DNA of 63,976 bases, filler included. It is 4 parts of 4 records of this genome, joined end to end, with 100 filler letters (N's around TTAATTAATTAA, not from the genome) between each part and the next. Parts side by side here need not be neighbours in the genome. Positions count along the whole stretch, not along the records: positions 1 to 18,897 come from SRR20825006_451; 3 more parts are not named here. One strand, written 5' to 3'. The translations under genes were made by a program, and so were the position numbers. Positions 1-11,860 of the stretch are shown in pieces. Below the pieces are notes generated by a model that was not told the DNA's origin, made no database searches, and worked only from the letters and a program-made list of their open reading frames with translations. Each line of letters opens with the position of its first letter. Positions within the stretch are counted from its first letter, which is position 1.

Positions 1-1066
<1,066 letters not shown>

Positions 1067-1082
1067 CGCAGCCGGTCATCTC

Positions 1083-2162
1083 CTAGCCCTGAAAATGTTG
1101 CAGAGTCTGCTGCAGTTTAGCGGGATCATAATCATCGCTTATCACTGCCTGGCCTATGCCTTTCAACAGGATCAGGCGAATAACACCATCCTGCACTTTT
1201 TTATCGACAGCCATTAAATCCATGTACTGCTGTGCGCTCATACCTTCCGGCCCGGTCACAGGCAGACCTGCACGTTTGAAGATAGATTTTATCCGGCTTA
1301 ACGCATCCTGTTCCAGCCAACCCAGTCTGGCAGACAGATCGGCAGCCATGACCATGCCGGTTGCAATGGCTTCACCATGCAGCCAGTTGCCGTAGCCCAT
1401 ACCGGTTTCAATCGCGTGACCGAAAGTATGGCCGAGATTCAGCAGGGCTCTGACGCCTTGTTCGGTCTCATCCTTGGCAACCACATCGGCCTTATCCTGA
1501 CAGGAACGTTCAATCGCGTAAGCCAGCGCTTGAGGCTGACGCGTTTTCAGCGCATCAATATTGGCTTCCAGCCACTCGAAAAACGCTTTGTCGTTAATAA
1601 GGCCATACTTGATGACCTCAGCAATGCCGGAAGCAAGCTGGCGGTCATCCAGCGTATTGAGCGTGCTGGTATCGGCAATCACGCATTGTGGCTGATAGAA
1701 GGCACCTATCATATTTTTACCCAGTGGATGATTGACCGCCGTTTTGCCACCAACCGAAGAGTCTACCTGTGAGAGCAGTGTCGTTGGCACCTGAATAAAC
1801 GGCACGCCACGTTGATAGCAGGCAGCGGCAAATCCGGCCATATCGCCAATTACGCCACCACCCAGTGCGATGATCGTCACCTGGCGTGAAAAGCGTTCGC
1901 TCAGCAGTTTATCGTAGACCTGGTTCAATACCTCCAGTGTCTTGAATTCCTCACCATCAGGCAGCACGACGGCATCGCAGTGATAGTCGGCCAGCAGACT
2001 TCTGAGCTTATCAAGATACAGTGGTGCAATAGTGTCGTTGGTGACAATCAACACTTCCTTGCGTTTAATGTGCTTTTGCAGCAACGCCGGCTGTGAGAGT
2101 AAGTCCTCACCTATATATATCGGATAGCTGCGATCTGCCAGGGCGACGTTAAGGGTTTTCAT
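1083..2162 (-). CDS. aroB: 3-dehydroquinate synthase
   Basis: [29 protein letters not shown] and [12 protein letters not shown] motifs; downstream of aroK. Confidence 0.97.
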   Translation of the reverse strand: MKTLNVALADRSYPIYIGEDLLSQPALLQKHIKRKEVLIVTNDTIAPLYLDKLRSLLADYHCDAVVLPDGEEFKTLEVLNQVYDKLLSERFSRQVTIIALGGGVIGDMAGFAAACYQRGVPFIQVPTTLLSQVDSSVGGKTAVNHPLGKNMIGAFYQPQCVIADTSTLNTLDDRQLASGIAEVIKYGLINDKAFFEWLEANIDALKTRQPQALAYAIERSCQDKADVVAKDETEQGVRALLNLGHTFGHAIETGMGYGNWLHGEAIATGMVMAADLSARLGWLEQDALSRIKSIFKRAGLPVTGPEGMSAQQYMDLMAVDKKVQDGVIRLILLKGIGQAVISDDYDPAKLQQTLQHFQG

Positions 2163-2695
2163 GAGCTTGTTTTAGCTTTTCCTGTTTTTTTCAGTTTCTT
2201 AATCACATCATTCACGGTGTGCTGAATCGACTGATCACTGGTTTTTAACACAATATCGGCCACTTCACGATAGAGCGGATCACGCTTGGCCATCAGTTCC
2301 TCTATCTGCTTGCGGCGATCACCGGTTTGCAGCAGGGGGCGTTTCTTGTCCCGCGCGGTACGACGATAGAGTTGCTCGGCTGTGGCAGAGAGATAAATCA
2401 CATGCCCTCGCTGCTTGAGAAAGGCCCGGTTCTGCGCTGACAAGACAACACCACCACCGGTCGCCAGCACAATATTTTCCATACCGGTCAGTTCTTCTAT
2501 CGTTTTTGACTCACGTTCGCGGAAACCGGCTTCGCCTTCCATTTCAAAAATCCAGGAAATGGAAACACCGGTGCGCTGCTCGATGACCTTATCACTGTCA
2601 TAGAACTTGCGGTGCAACACCTTGGCCAGTTGTCTGCCAATGGTGGATTTCCCCGCGCCCATCGGTCCGACGAGGAATATATTACCTGATATCAA
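2159..2695 (-). CDS. aroK: Shikimate kinase (probable TTG start at 2695; ORF track extends to 2722)
   Basis: [10 protein letters not shown]-loop, ATGGG and RPLL motifs; overlaps aroB by 4 bp. Confidence 0.95.
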   Translation of the reverse strand: MISGNIFLVGPMGAGKSTIGRQLAKVLHRKFYDSDKVIEQRTGVSISWIFEMEGEAGFRERESKTIEELTGMENIVLATGGGVVLSAQNRAFLKQRGHVIYLSATAEQLYRRTARDKKRPLLQTGDRRKQIEELMAKRDPLYREVADIVLKTSDQSIQHTVNDVIKKLKKTGKAKTSS

Positions 2696-2722
2696 TGCCC
2701 TGCCCTTGAAATTATCTATCAT

Positions 2723-2753
2723 AAAAAAGCCGGATCAGACTGATCCGGCTTTT
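2723..2753 (-). terminator. Intrinsic terminator after pilQ
   Basis: GCCGGATCA-GAC-TGATCCGGC stem (2729-2749) flanked by A6 and T4; gives a U6 tract on the minus strand. Confidence 0.8.
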
Positions 2754-2780
2754 ATTATTAAAAACGATCTACAGGGGATT

Positions 2781-4916
2781 TTAATACTGCAAACCCTCTT
2801 TCACAATTTTTGGTGTGACAAAGACCAGTAATTCACGTTTCTGATCTGTTTTCTGTGTGTTTTTGAATAAGAAACCGACGTAAGGTAAGTCACCAAAGAA
2901 TGGCACCCTTTCAATGTTGTCTTGGGTATTCTGTTCATAAATCCCACCAAGCACGACTGTCTCACCATTATCAACCAGTACCTGTGTTTGTACACTTCGA
3001 GTATCAATACTCGGCACACCATTAAAGATCGAACCGACCTGATCCTGACTGACTTCTAGATCCATCACAATGCGATCATCAGGTGTGATCTGTGGCGTAA
3101 CATCCAGTTTCAAAACGGCTTCTTTGAATGACACACTGGTCGCACCACTTGAACTCGCTTCTTGGTATGGGATCTCAGTACCCTGTTCAATTGTGGCTTG
3201 TTGCTGGTTTGATGTAATGACTCTTGGTGAGGAAACAATCTCACCCCGGCCTTCGGCTTGCATAGCCGATAACTCAAGCTCGAGAATCATACCTAAAGGC
3301 AACTTAGCTAAGGCCAAACCAATGGACCCCGCAGGATTAGTGACGGGTAAATCAACATTCAAATCTGAACCAACTGTACTGTCAGCCCTTACTTGATCGT
3401 TATTATTACTGTTTAGGCTAAGTCCATCCAAAGATCCTGAAGCACCCGCGCCTAGTGTATTGCTTTGAGCAGAAGCTCCAAACCTGACCCCGAGCTCCTT
3501 ATTAAAGTCATTGTTTGCAATAACAATACGTGATTCGATCAACACTTGTCTCACTGGCTTATCGAGATGTTCTATGACCTGCTGAATTTCCTCGAGATGT
3601 TCAGCTGTATCGCGAATCAGTAATGAATTGGTTCTTTGATCAATCGTAATGCTGCCCCGCTTGGAGAGAAAGCCTCTATCTCCAGAAGATGATGCACCAC
3701 CACCTTGCGAGCCAGCGGTACTCAGGAGAGTGGCTAATTGGTCTGCTTTAGCAAATTTAACTTCCACAATTTCGGTATAGAGCGGCTCCAACTCTACCAA
3801 TTGTTTTTGAGCTTCCAGTTCCTGCTTTTCACGTGCTGCGATTTCAGCTGCAGGCGCGACCATCATCACATTGCCGCTTTGGCGCATCGCCAGGCCTTTG
3901 GATTTCAGGATAATATCCAAAGCCTGGTCCCAAGGCACATTTTTCAAGCGCAAAGTCAGATTACCGGTGACGGTATCACTGGTGACCAGGTTCATGCCGG
4001 TAAAGTCTGCCAGCAGTTGCAGCACCGCACGGACTTCAATGTTCTGAAAGTTAAGCGAGAGTTTTTCACCGGTGTAACCGAACTCATCTCTTGTACCGGC
4101 CTGTGGCTCATCAGGCAATGGTTTGACTTCGACAACCAATGTTCTCTCAGACTGGTAGGCCAGATGCTCATAGCGCCCTTCGGTCGTCAATGTCAGCTTG
4201 GTCGCATTCGCCATTGACTCAGCATCAATATATTTCACCGGTGTAGCAAAATCGACCACATCCAGACGACGGTTGAGCTTATCCGGCAAAGTAACGTTGG
4301 CCAGATCCACAACAATATTGCCGCGTTCTTCGCGCACATCCATCGCCGCATCATCACTGTCGAGTTGAACAATCAAGCGGGCTTCCCCGTTTTCACCACG
4401 ACGGAAATCGACATCGGTCACAGTAGTCGAATCGTCGCCTAAACCAGATCTGGCTGACACCGCCTGACGACCGCTTTCAATGGTAATCATCATCTGATTG
4501 CCATTCTGAGTAATGGTATAAGGGACTTTTTGCAGCAGGTTGATGACCATACGGGTCCGGTCACCGGCCTCAACTGCCGAAATACTCCGCGTGGCACCAA
4601 CATTGACCTGTCTGGTGCGTTCGGTCAGCTTATTCTGAACACCGGCAAAATCGATAACGATTCTGGCGGGGTCATCAGTGGCAAAACTATTGGGTTTGTC
4701 TACCGGCTCGGAGAACGTAAGCTGAATTTTTGCTTTATCCCCTGGCATAGCACTGTAATCAAGCGATCTGAGCTCAGCGGCATAGCTGTTGATTGAGAAC
4801 AACATAAGTCCGATAGCGAGCATGGCATGATGCATCAGAGAAATAAATCTCACTGAGCCTGTCACTGATGTCTGCTGTTGCATGTTCATTCCGTTTTTAT
4901 AGGTCATTTTTTTCAT
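2781..4916 (-). CDS. pilQ: Type IV pilus secretin
   Basis: AMIN domains, YTGEKLSLNFQNIEVRAVLQ, NVPWDQALD, secretin C-terminal VPFFGDLPYVGFLFK. Confidence 0.96.
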   Translation of the reverse strand: MKKMTYKNGMNMQQQTSVTGSVRFISLMHHAMLAIGLMLFSINSYAAELRSLDYSAMPGDKAKIQLTFSEPVDKPNSFATDDPARIVIDFAGVQNKLTERTRQVNVGATRSISAVEAGDRTRMVINLLQKVPYTITQNGNQMMITIESGRQAVSARSGLGDDSTTVTDVDFRRGENGEARLIVQLDSDDAAMDVREERGNIVVDLANVTLPDKLNRRLDVVDFATPVKYIDAESMANATKLTLTTEGRYEHLAYQSERTLVVEVKPLPDEPQAGTRDEFGYTGEKLSLNFQNIEVRAVLQLLADFTGMNLVTSDTVTGNLTLRLKNVPWDQALDIILKSKGLAMRQSGNVMMVAPAAEIAAREKQELEAQKQLVELEPLYTEIVEVKFAKADQLATLLSTAGSQGGGASSSGDRGFLSKRGSITIDQRTNSLLIRDTAEHLEEIQQVIEHLDKPVRQVLIESRIVIANNDFNKELGVRFGASAQSNTLGAGASGSLDGLSLNSNNNDQVRADSTVGSDLNVDLPVTNPAGSIGLALAKLPLGMILELELSAMQAEGRGEIVSSPRVITSNQQQATIEQGTEIPYQEASSSGATSVSFKEAVLKLDVTPQITPDDRIVMDLEVSQDQVGSIFNGVPSIDTRSVQTQVLVDNGETVVLGGIYEQNTQDNIERVPFFGDLPYVGFLFKNTQKTDQKRELLVFVTPKIVKEGLQY

Positions 4917-4918
4917 TA

Positions 4919-5500
4919 CTATTTCACCTCTACTGCCGGAACAGAGGTATCTCTCTCGATAAACCCACCACGCCCGTTAGGAACAATTTCTCTAAGCTGA
5001 ATTTCATTGCTCGTGATGGAAATAATCTTACCGTAATTACGTCCCATGTAATTACCCACCTGTACCCGATGAATCACACCATCTGGCCCTCGAACCAAGG
5101 CCCAGATTTGGTCCTGCTCCAGCGTCCCGACAAACTGTAATTCGGCAAGCTCAAAGGCTTCAAGTGCTTCCTTACGGCGGTTTTGGTCAGGCTTGATACC
5201 ATTATCAGCGACTGGTTCCGGCTCGGGTTCGGCCATATCTACTACTGTAGGCACAAATGGATCTCTAAGCTCAGAAGCAGTGTAGTCAAAATGCTCATAT
5301 GGCTTCATTACTGGGATAGGAGGAATGTCCGATTTTTGTTGGGTTTTGACCTGAGCAACATAAGTTTCGAGGTCTGCCTTCTCTTGCTGGCAAGCTGCCG
5401 TTAAACATAACACAAGAGCGATAGTCGGCAGTTTATAACGCTGCTTCATGGCTGCTTCCCTGTTCATCTTGAACTCATTGTGGTCAATTTTCGCCATCAT
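4919..5500 (-). CDS. pilP: Type IV pilus assembly lipoprotein (start may be ATG 5448)
   Basis: Lipobox LTAAC, LRDPF and RVQVGNYMGRNYGKI motifs. Confidence 0.93.
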   Translation of the reverse strand: MMAKIDHNEFKMNREAAMKQRYKLPTIALVLCLTAACQQEKADLETYVAQVKTQQKSDIPPIPVMKPYEHFDYTASELRDPFVPTVVDMAEPEPEPVADNGIKPDQNRRKEALEAFELAELQFVGTLEQDQIWALVRGPDGVIHRVQVGNYMGRNYGKIISITSNEIQLREIVPNGRGGFIERDTSVPAVEVK

Positions 5501-6074
5501 CGAAATACCGGTATGTTTTTGCTGTCAGATTCATGGTCATCTTACCCGTTTGTTGATTGAGGGGGCCCATGGAAAAATCATGCATGGTGACAATACGCGG
5601 CAGTGCAGCAAGACCACTGACAAATTCACCAAACTGATGATAGTTACCGGTCACTGTCATCTGAATCGGCAGTTCTGCGTAGAAGTCGATTGGTCTTTCA
5701 CCTTGCGGCTGGAATAACTCAAACTCAAGACCATTGATGAGGCCCGTACGCGTAACATCTACCAGCAACTCTGGAACCTCACTTTTCTTAGGCAGTTGCT
5801 CCAGCATCGATGAGAACATCACCCGCATTTCGGCTAATTGTTCTTTATAGGCCTCAAGATTTGCCGCTTTAGCTTGCTTGGTCTCAAATTCTTTTTTCAG
5901 TTGAACTTCTTTTTGTTCCAATGTCTTGAGTTGAGCCTGTTTATCCTTAATGATGAAATAATAACCGCCACCCCAAACAACGGCACAAATCAGTGCCACT
6001 GCAATAAATTTGACGATAACTGGCCATTCACCACTTTCGTTGAAATCCAGGTCAGTTAATGAAGACAGCTCCAT
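5484..6074 (-). CDS. pilO: Type IV pilus assembly protein
   Basis: GEWP + TM helix, QLPKKSEVPELL, FYAELPI motifs. Confidence 0.95.
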   Translation of the reverse strand: MELSSLTDLDFNESGEWPVIVKFIAVALICAVVWGGGYYFIIKDKQAQLKTLEQKEVQLKKEFETKQAKAANLEAYKEQLAEMRVMFSSMLEQLPKKSEVPELLVDVTRTGLINGLEFELFQPQGERPIDFYAELPIQMTVTGNYHQFGEFVSGLAALPRIVTMHDFSMGPLNQQTGKMTMNLTAKTYRYFDDGEN

Positions 6075-6634
6075 TATTCTGCGTCCTCTTTCTTGGTCTC
6101 AGCTTCATTCACTTCAACTGTGAAACTTCTAATCGAATCATCACGACTACTGGTACGTTTGATTACTTTGAGTCTTGATTCGCCATATTCTTCATTTTTA
6201 TCAAGCTGCTGCATAAAAACTGACACACGGGCGTTGGATTGCGCTACACCATCAAAATTGATTAAATTGCCCTTGCGTGTGACCTTCTGCATGTTCACAC
6301 CTTCAGGCACAACTCTGGGGAGAGAGTCAAAAACTTTGACAATTTTGGGCCGGCTATCCTGAAGCTCCTGAATCACCTGCATCCGCGCCAGCAATCGTTC
6401 GCGCTGCTTTTCCAGATCTTTTATTTCTCTGATTTTCTTGTCGACCTTGGCGATTTCCTGTTGCAGAAAGGCATTACGCTGGTTCTGATCTTCAATCAGA
6501 CTGTCAGCGAAGTTCATCACGAGGTAGAGAACCACCGCAGCAAACACCAGACCGGCCAGTAAAGACAGATAGAACTGCTTTTGCCTTTCTTCACGAAGCT
6601 CTTCACGCCACGGCAATAGATTGATATGAGCCAT
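6074..6634 (-). CDS. pilN: Type IV pilus assembly protein
   Basis: N-terminal INLLPWRE signature. Confidence 0.96.
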   Translation of the reverse strand: MAHINLLPWREELREERQKQFYLSLLAGLVFAAVVLYLVMNFADSLIEDQNQRNAFLQQEIAKVDKKIREIKDLEKQRERLLARMQVIQELQDSRPKIVKVFDSLPRVVPEGVNMQKVTRKGNLINFDGVAQSNARVSVFMQQLDKNEEYGESRLKVIKRTSSRDDSIRSFTVEVNEAETKKEDAE

Positions 6635-7692
6635 CAGTCAAAACTCCTCATTGCCAGGCCGCAGGCAATCATCATCGACGGCGCATCATTGCTGATTGCT
6701 TGAATTTTTACTCTCGATCCCAACACCATATCCGAGAACGGATTGGCGACCGAGGTGGAGGTCCCGGTTTCATTTTCAATCATTTCCGCTACACCCTTAA
6801 TCGACGCACAGCCACCGGCAAGAATAATATGGTCGATGGATTGATACTGGGTGGAGGCCGAGAAAAAGAACTGGAGCGCGCGAGTCACTGTCATTGTCAT
6901 TGCCCGTTTGAAAGGCTCCAGAACCTTGGGCGCATAATCGTCGGGCAAACTGCCGTCTTTCTTAGCTCTGCCCGCTTCCTGATACGACAAACCATAGTGA
7001 CGCTCGATATCCTCGGTCAGCATCCGGCCGCCAAAGGTTTGCTCACGGGTAAATACAATTTTACCGTCGACCAGCACATGTAATGTCGTGACGGTGGCAC
7101 CGACATCGGCAACAGCGACTGTCAGCCCTTGTCCATGGTGAGGCAACTGCCTGGCGATCAACTCGAAGGCATTCTCCATGGTGTAGGCTTCAACATCGAC
7201 CAGTTTGGGTTTGAGACCCGCTTTTTCGACAACTTCGGTTCGGGCATCGACATTTTCACGACGGGATGCCGCCAGCAAAACATCGACGGCTTCGACATCG
7301 GCAGCTGAGGTACCCAGAACTTCAAAATCGAGGCGAACTTCCTCAAGCGGGTAGGGAATATAGTTTTCTGCTTCCAGCAGAACATTTTCTTCCAGTTCGC
7401 GACCGGACAGGCCTGCAGGAAATGAAACGGTTTTGGTGATAGCGGAATTAGCCGAAACCGCAACGGCGGCTTCTTTGGCCTTGGTGCCGGAGCGCTTGAT
7501 TGCACGTCGGATGGCGCCAGCGACCTCATCGCGATTTTCGATACGGCTTTCAACCACAGCGTTGACGGGAAGCGGCTCTACAGCATAGGACTCGACTGTG
7601 TACTTATCCCCTTTTTTGTTGAGTTCCAGTATTTTTACTACTGATGAACTGATGTCTATCCCTAATAAAGGAGATTTTTTTCGTCCAAACAT
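6634..7692 (-). CDS. pilM: Type IV pilus assembly actin-like protein
   Basis: LGIDISSSVVKILEL and CGLAMR motifs; ATG 7692 has GAGG upstream (ORF track starts at TTG 7704). Confidence 0.95.
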   Translation of the reverse strand: MFGRKKSPLLGIDISSSVVKILELNKKGDKYTVESYAVEPLPVNAVVESRIENRDEVAGAIRRAIKRSGTKAKEAAVAVSANSAITKTVSFPAGLSGRELEENVLLEAENYIPYPLEEVRLDFEVLGTSAADVEAVDVLLAASRRENVDARTEVVEKAGLKPKLVDVEAYTMENAFELIARQLPHHGQGLTVAVADVGATVTTLHVLVDGKIVFTREQTFGGRMLTEDIERHYGLSYQEAGRAKKDGSLPDDYAPKVLEPFKRAMTMTVTRALQFFFSASTQYQSIDHIILAGGCASIKGVAEMIENETGTSTSVANPFSDMVLGSRVKIQAISNDAPSMMIACGLAMRSFD

Positions 7693-7754
7693 CTGTCGCC
7701 TCAATCCCAGTTGATCCTTGCGCGATTTGCTTACTTAGCACCACTACTTAAAGT

Positions 7755-7782
7755 AGTTTATTAAGATTAATCCGAATGTCAA
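7755..7782 (-). promoter_or_regulatory. sigma70-type promoter for pilMNOPQ
   Basis: Minus strand reads TTGACA-16 nt-TAAACT, about 60 nt upstream of the pilM ATG. Confidence 0.6.
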
Positions 7783-7883
7783 CATAAATCTCAATAAAAC
7801 AAGGGCTTTGAACTCAAGCACTGTTTTTATTCCCGCCTTTATATATACTCTACTGACTCATTGATTGCGAACTTTTCATCATA

Positions 7884-10265
7884 ATGCTCCGGATTTTCAG
7901 CACCCTTTTTAAGGTTTTTGCCGCGCTCTTCATACTTTCCCTGATTGCTGCAGCGGTAGTTTATTTCTTTCTCGCCCCGAAATTACCTGATACCCAGACA
8001 CTGAAACAAACCCAGTTTCAAATTCCGCTGCGTATCTACAGTTCTGAAGGTGAACTGATGGCCGAGTTCGGTGAAAAACGGCGTATTCCGGTCGAGTATC
8101 AGGAAATTCCAACGCAAATGATTGATGCTTTTCTGGCAGCGGAAGATGATCGCTTTTACCAGCATCCGGGCGTCGATTATCAGGGTATTATTCGCGCGGT
8201 CTATTCCCTTTTGATGACAGGCGAAAAAACCCAGGGTGGCAGTACGATTACGATGCAGGTTGCGCGCAACTTCTTCCTGACCAGTGAGAAGACTTATCTG
8301 CGCAAACTGAATGAAATCATTCTGGCCCTGGAAATGGAGCAGGTGCTGAGCAAGGAAGAGATCCTGGCGCTTTATCTGAACAAAATTTATCTCGGTAACC
8401 GCGCCTATGGTGTGGGCGCGGCGGCCAACGTTTACTACGGCAGACCGATCAGCGAACTGACGCTTCCGGAAATGGCGATGATCGCGGGCCTGCCCAAAGC
8501 GCCGTCCCGGTTTAACCCGATCGCTAATCCGAAACGCGCTCTAATCCGCCGTAATTATGTACTGAGAAGAATGTGGGATGTCGGCTATATCTCCGAGCAG
8601 GAATATCTTGAAGCCAGTAAGGCGCCGGTCAGCGCCACTTATCATGGTCGTGAGATAGAGGTTTATGCCCCTTATGTGGCCGAGATGGTACGCACCCGCC
8701 TTATCGACGAATACGATGAAGATATCTATACCAGTGGCTTCAATGTCTACACAACCATCCGGGGCGAACACCAAAAAGCCGCCAACCGTGCGCTGCAGAG
8801 TGCATTGCTGGAATATGACCGTCGCCATGGTTATCGCGGCCCGGTGGCAGAAATTGAACTGGAAGACGAGTTAAGCGAAACATCACTCACTGAAAAGCTG
8901 GCGCCCTACGATACTATCGGTCCACTCAAGCCTGCCATCGTCACCGCTATCAGCGACGAATCAGCAACCATCTATATCAAAAATCTGGGCTATGAAACGC
9001 TGACACTGGGCTCGATGAAATGGGCACAGAAAAAACTGAGCACAAACAGTCGCGGTGCCGTGCCCAAAAAGGTCGGTGATGTGATGCAGCCCGGTCACGT
9101 CATCCGGGTCGAAAACAGGAATAAAGAAAGCTGGCAACTGGCTCAACTGCCCGAAGCGGAAGGCGCGCTGGTAGCCCTCGCTCCGCATGATGGTGCTGTA
9201 ACAGCACTGAATGGCGGTTTTGATTATTTCAACAACAAATTTAACCGGGTCACTCAATCCCGACGCCAGCCCGGCTCAGGTTTCAAGCCGTTTATTTATT
9301 CCGCAGCGCTGGAAAAAGGATATACCCCCGCCAGTATCATCAATGATGCACCGGTCGTGTTTGATGATCCCGGCCTGGAAAATGTCTGGCGGCCAGAGAA
9401 TTACAGCGGTAAATTTTTTGGCCCTACCCGGCTTCGTGAAGCGCTGATCCATTCACGTAATCTGGTTTCGATACGTCTTCTGCGTGATATTGGCGCTGAT
9501 TATGCCGTGGAATATGCAAAGCGGTTTGGGTTTGACGACACCATGCTGCACAAAAACCTGTCACTGGCACTAGGCAGTGGCAATGCCGCCCCCTGGGACA
9601 TGGCCACTGCCTATGCGGCGCTGGCCAATGGTGGCTTCAAAATCGAACCATATCTGATTCAACGGGTGGAAAATGCCAACGGCGAAGTGGTTTTCCAGGC
9701 CTCACCGAAAACCGTCTGTGAAACCTGTCAACTGGCAGAAGTCAAAATGGATAATGCCAGCTTCAGTGTGGCTGAACGGGTCATGACGCCACAAAACAAT
9801 TACCTCATGAATACACTGCTGCGGGATGTCGTCCGTTACGGCACCGGCCGTAAAGCGATGAGCCTGGGACGGAATGATCTTGCCGGCAAGACCGGCACCA
9901 CCAACGATCAGCTGGACGCCTGGTTCAACGGTTTTCACCCGGAACTGGTGGCCGTCAGCTGGGTTGGCTTTGACCGGCCGCGCAGTCTCGGTCGTTACGA
10001 AACAGGTGGCCGCGCGGCTTTGCCGATGTGGATAGATTTTATGGAAGTGGCATTGCAGGGGCTGCCAGAAGCACCGCTTGAGCAGCCGGTGGATATGGTG
10101 ACAGTCAGGATCGACCCGGAGACGGGCCTGCTGGCACAACCCGGTGACACTGATGCTATCTATGAAACCTTCCGCGAAGATACCGTGCCCGAAGAGATGG
10201 CCCCCTCATCCGGCACCGGCTATGCCGGCGATAATGGCGGCGCGCCAGTCATTGATTTGTTCTGA
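7884..10265 (+). CDS. mrcA: Penicillin-binding protein 1A
   Basis: EDDRFYQHPG and GGSTITMQ glycosyltransferase motifs; SGFK, SRN and KTG transpeptidase motifs; divergent from pilM. Confidence 0.96.
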   Translation: MLRIFSTLFKVFAALFILSLIAAAVVYFFLAPKLPDTQTLKQTQFQIPLRIYSSEGELMAEFGEKRRIPVEYQEIPTQMIDAFLAAEDDRFYQHPGVDYQGIIRAVYSLLMTGEKTQGGSTITMQVARNFFLTSEKTYLRKLNEIILALEMEQVLSKEEILALYLNKIYLGNRAYGVGAAANVYYGRPISELTLPEMAMIAGLPKAPSRFNPIANPKRALIRRNYVLRRMWDVGYISEQEYLEASKAPVSATYHGREIEVYAPYVAEMVRTRLIDEYDEDIYTSGFNVYTTIRGEHQKAANRALQSALLEYDRRHGYRGPVAEIELEDELSETSLTEKLAPYDTIGPLKPAIVTAISDESATIYIKNLGYETLTLGSMKWAQKKLSTNSRGAVPKKVGDVMQPGHVIRVENRNKESWQLAQLPEAEGALVALAPHDGAVTALNGGFDYFNNKFNRVTQSRRQPGSGFKPFIYSAALEKGYTPASIINDAPVVFDDPGLENVWRPENYSGKFFGPTRLREALIHSRNLVSIRLLRDIGADYAVEYAKRFGFDDTMLHKNLSLALGSGNAAPWDMATAYAALANGGFKIEPYLIQRVENANGEVVFQASPKTVCETCQLAEVKMDNASFSVAERVMTPQNNYLMNTLLRDVVRYGTGRKAMSLGRNDLAGKTGTTNDQLDAWFNGFHPELVAVSWVGFDRPRSLGRYETGGRAALPMWIDFMEVALQGLPEAPLEQPVDMVTVRIDPETGLLAQPGDTDAIYETFREDTVPEEMAPSSGTGYAGDNGGAPVIDLF

Positions 10266-10292
10266 TCACTGATTTACGACCAAGTTTATAAG

Positions 10293-10315
10293 CCAGCCGG
10301 AATCAAACCGGCTGG
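10293..10315. terminator. Hairpin between convergent mrcA and M48 genes
   Basis: CCAGCCGG-AATCAAA-CCGGCTGG; no strong U tract. Confidence 0.5.
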
Positions 10316-10334
10316 ATGTCAGCCTGATAGCGCC

Positions 10335-11834
10335 TCAACGCACCTGCTTGGCCAATTGCCCGGGCTGCAGTTCCCCACCAGGGTAATCATCATTAAGCAA
10401 ACGCAGCTGCTGCAATGGACTGTTACTGATGCGGGAGTTGTTAGCCCACTTGGCGTAACTGTCACCGGCATCGACTTTCACGACCTGTAACTTAAGTTCA
10501 CGGGCCTTCTCAAACTCATCTTCTCTAAGGCTGTGCAAGCTGCTAATCGATGAGAGAAAACGCGCATCGTAGTCATTAAATTCGCGGCTGTTTTCGGTGG
10601 TACCGAAAAAGATAAAAGCCTGATCACGCAGATAAACCACCCCGATTCGTAGCGGTTTATTCTGGTGCACGGTAACCCCGGTATAGCCTTCGAGACCGTG
10701 ATTATTAATCACCTGGCCCGAGCGTAAATCATCCACTTTTAGCCTTTGCAGGATGAATTCCTGCGGAGTCAATCTGCGGTTAATATCGGTCGCACCCATT
10801 TCCATAAACGCCTTACCTTCGGGCGCAATCGCCTGCAGGCTATCCGGGTTATTGTTGATATGCCAACCTTGCGGGAATTCGAGCGAAAAACGCATCGGCA
10901 GATGATAGAACTGATTATCTGAGCGAATGCCCTGGGCTTCACTGTCACCGAAAGTCATCCCGTCGATACGCTGCAGATAGGCTTCCCGTTTTACATTGCC
11001 ACTGCGGGCATCAACATATTTGTCGGCTTCTGCCACAACCTGTTGCAGACGGGTATCGTTATCCGGATGACTGGCAAACAGACCATGATAGCCCTGAGAT
11101 TCACGGCCCTGTTTTTTCGCCTCGGCTTCGGCAAAAACCTGCTGGTTTTTCAGGACGCTGATGACATCGATCATCGCACCCGGTGTATAACCGGCTTTTG
11201 CCAGATATTCTGCCCCCAGCCGGTCCGATTCCAGTTCATGCTCACGGCCATAACCGCTGAGCAGCGCACCGCCCAGAATATTAAACACGTTCTGGGAGCC
11301 GGCACCGCGGAGTTCCGGTAACAGGATAGCACCGAGGGTATAACCCAGGTTCGCGGCCTGTGCCGCACTCTGCTGACGCACGCCGTGGCGGGCGGTGACG
11401 TGGCCAATTTCATGGCCCAGAACGGCAGCCAGTTCCGCTTCGGAGTTAAGGTAGGCCATCAGGCCACGAGTGATATAGATATAGCCGCCGGGCAAGGCGA
11501 ATGCGTTGATAACCGGGGAGTCGAGTACCGTAAAGCGGTAGACAAGATCGTCGCGGTGACTGACTGCAGCCAGCCTCTCGCCGATAGCCTGAACGTAAGC
11601 CTGGAGGGCTTCATCTTCATAGCGCCCGTATTCGGCAATGATTTTCGGGTGATTGGTCCGGCCAATTTCCAGTTCGGTATCTTCACCGAACATGACAAAG
11701 TTCTGATCGCCGGTCACCGGGTTAACAGCACAACCTGACAGCCCCATAAACAACAAAGCCCCTACCATCAGGCAGAGGCTCCGTATACTGTCGCGTGTTG
11801 TACTACCTTGTACTGACACTATATTCATAATCAA
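10335..11834 (-). CDS. M48 family zinc metalloprotease lipoprotein with a possible C-terminal LysM-like region (start uncertain)
   Basis: LSGC lipobox, NAFALPGG, HEIGH, ELESD and ASHP motifs. Confidence 0.85.
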   Translation of the reverse strand: MIMNIVSVQGSTTRDSIRSLCLMVGALLFMGLSGCAVNPVTGDQNFVMFGEDTELEIGRTNHPKIIAEYGRYEDEALQAYVQAIGERLAAVSHRDDLVYRFTVLDSPVINAFALPGGYIYITRGLMAYLNSEAELAAVLGHEIGHVTARHGVRQQSAAQAANLGYTLGAILLPELRGAGSQNVFNILGGALLSGYGREHELESDRLGAEYLAKAGYTPGAMIDVISVLKNQQVFAEAEAKKQGRESQGYHGLFASHPDNDTRLQQVVAEADKYVDARSGNVKREAYLQRIDGMTFGDSEAQGIRSDNQFYHLPMRFSLEFPQGWHINNNPDSLQAIAPEGKAFMEMGATDINRRLTPQEFILQRLKVDDLRSGQVINNHGLEGYTGVTVHQNKPLRIGVVYLRDQAFIFFGTTENSREFNDYDARFLSSISSLHSLREDEFEKARELKLQVVKVDAGDSYAKWANNSRISNSPLQQLRLLNDDYPGGELQPGQLAKQVR

Positions 11835-11860
11835 ACCATAAGCTTGATTCCGACAGAGAA

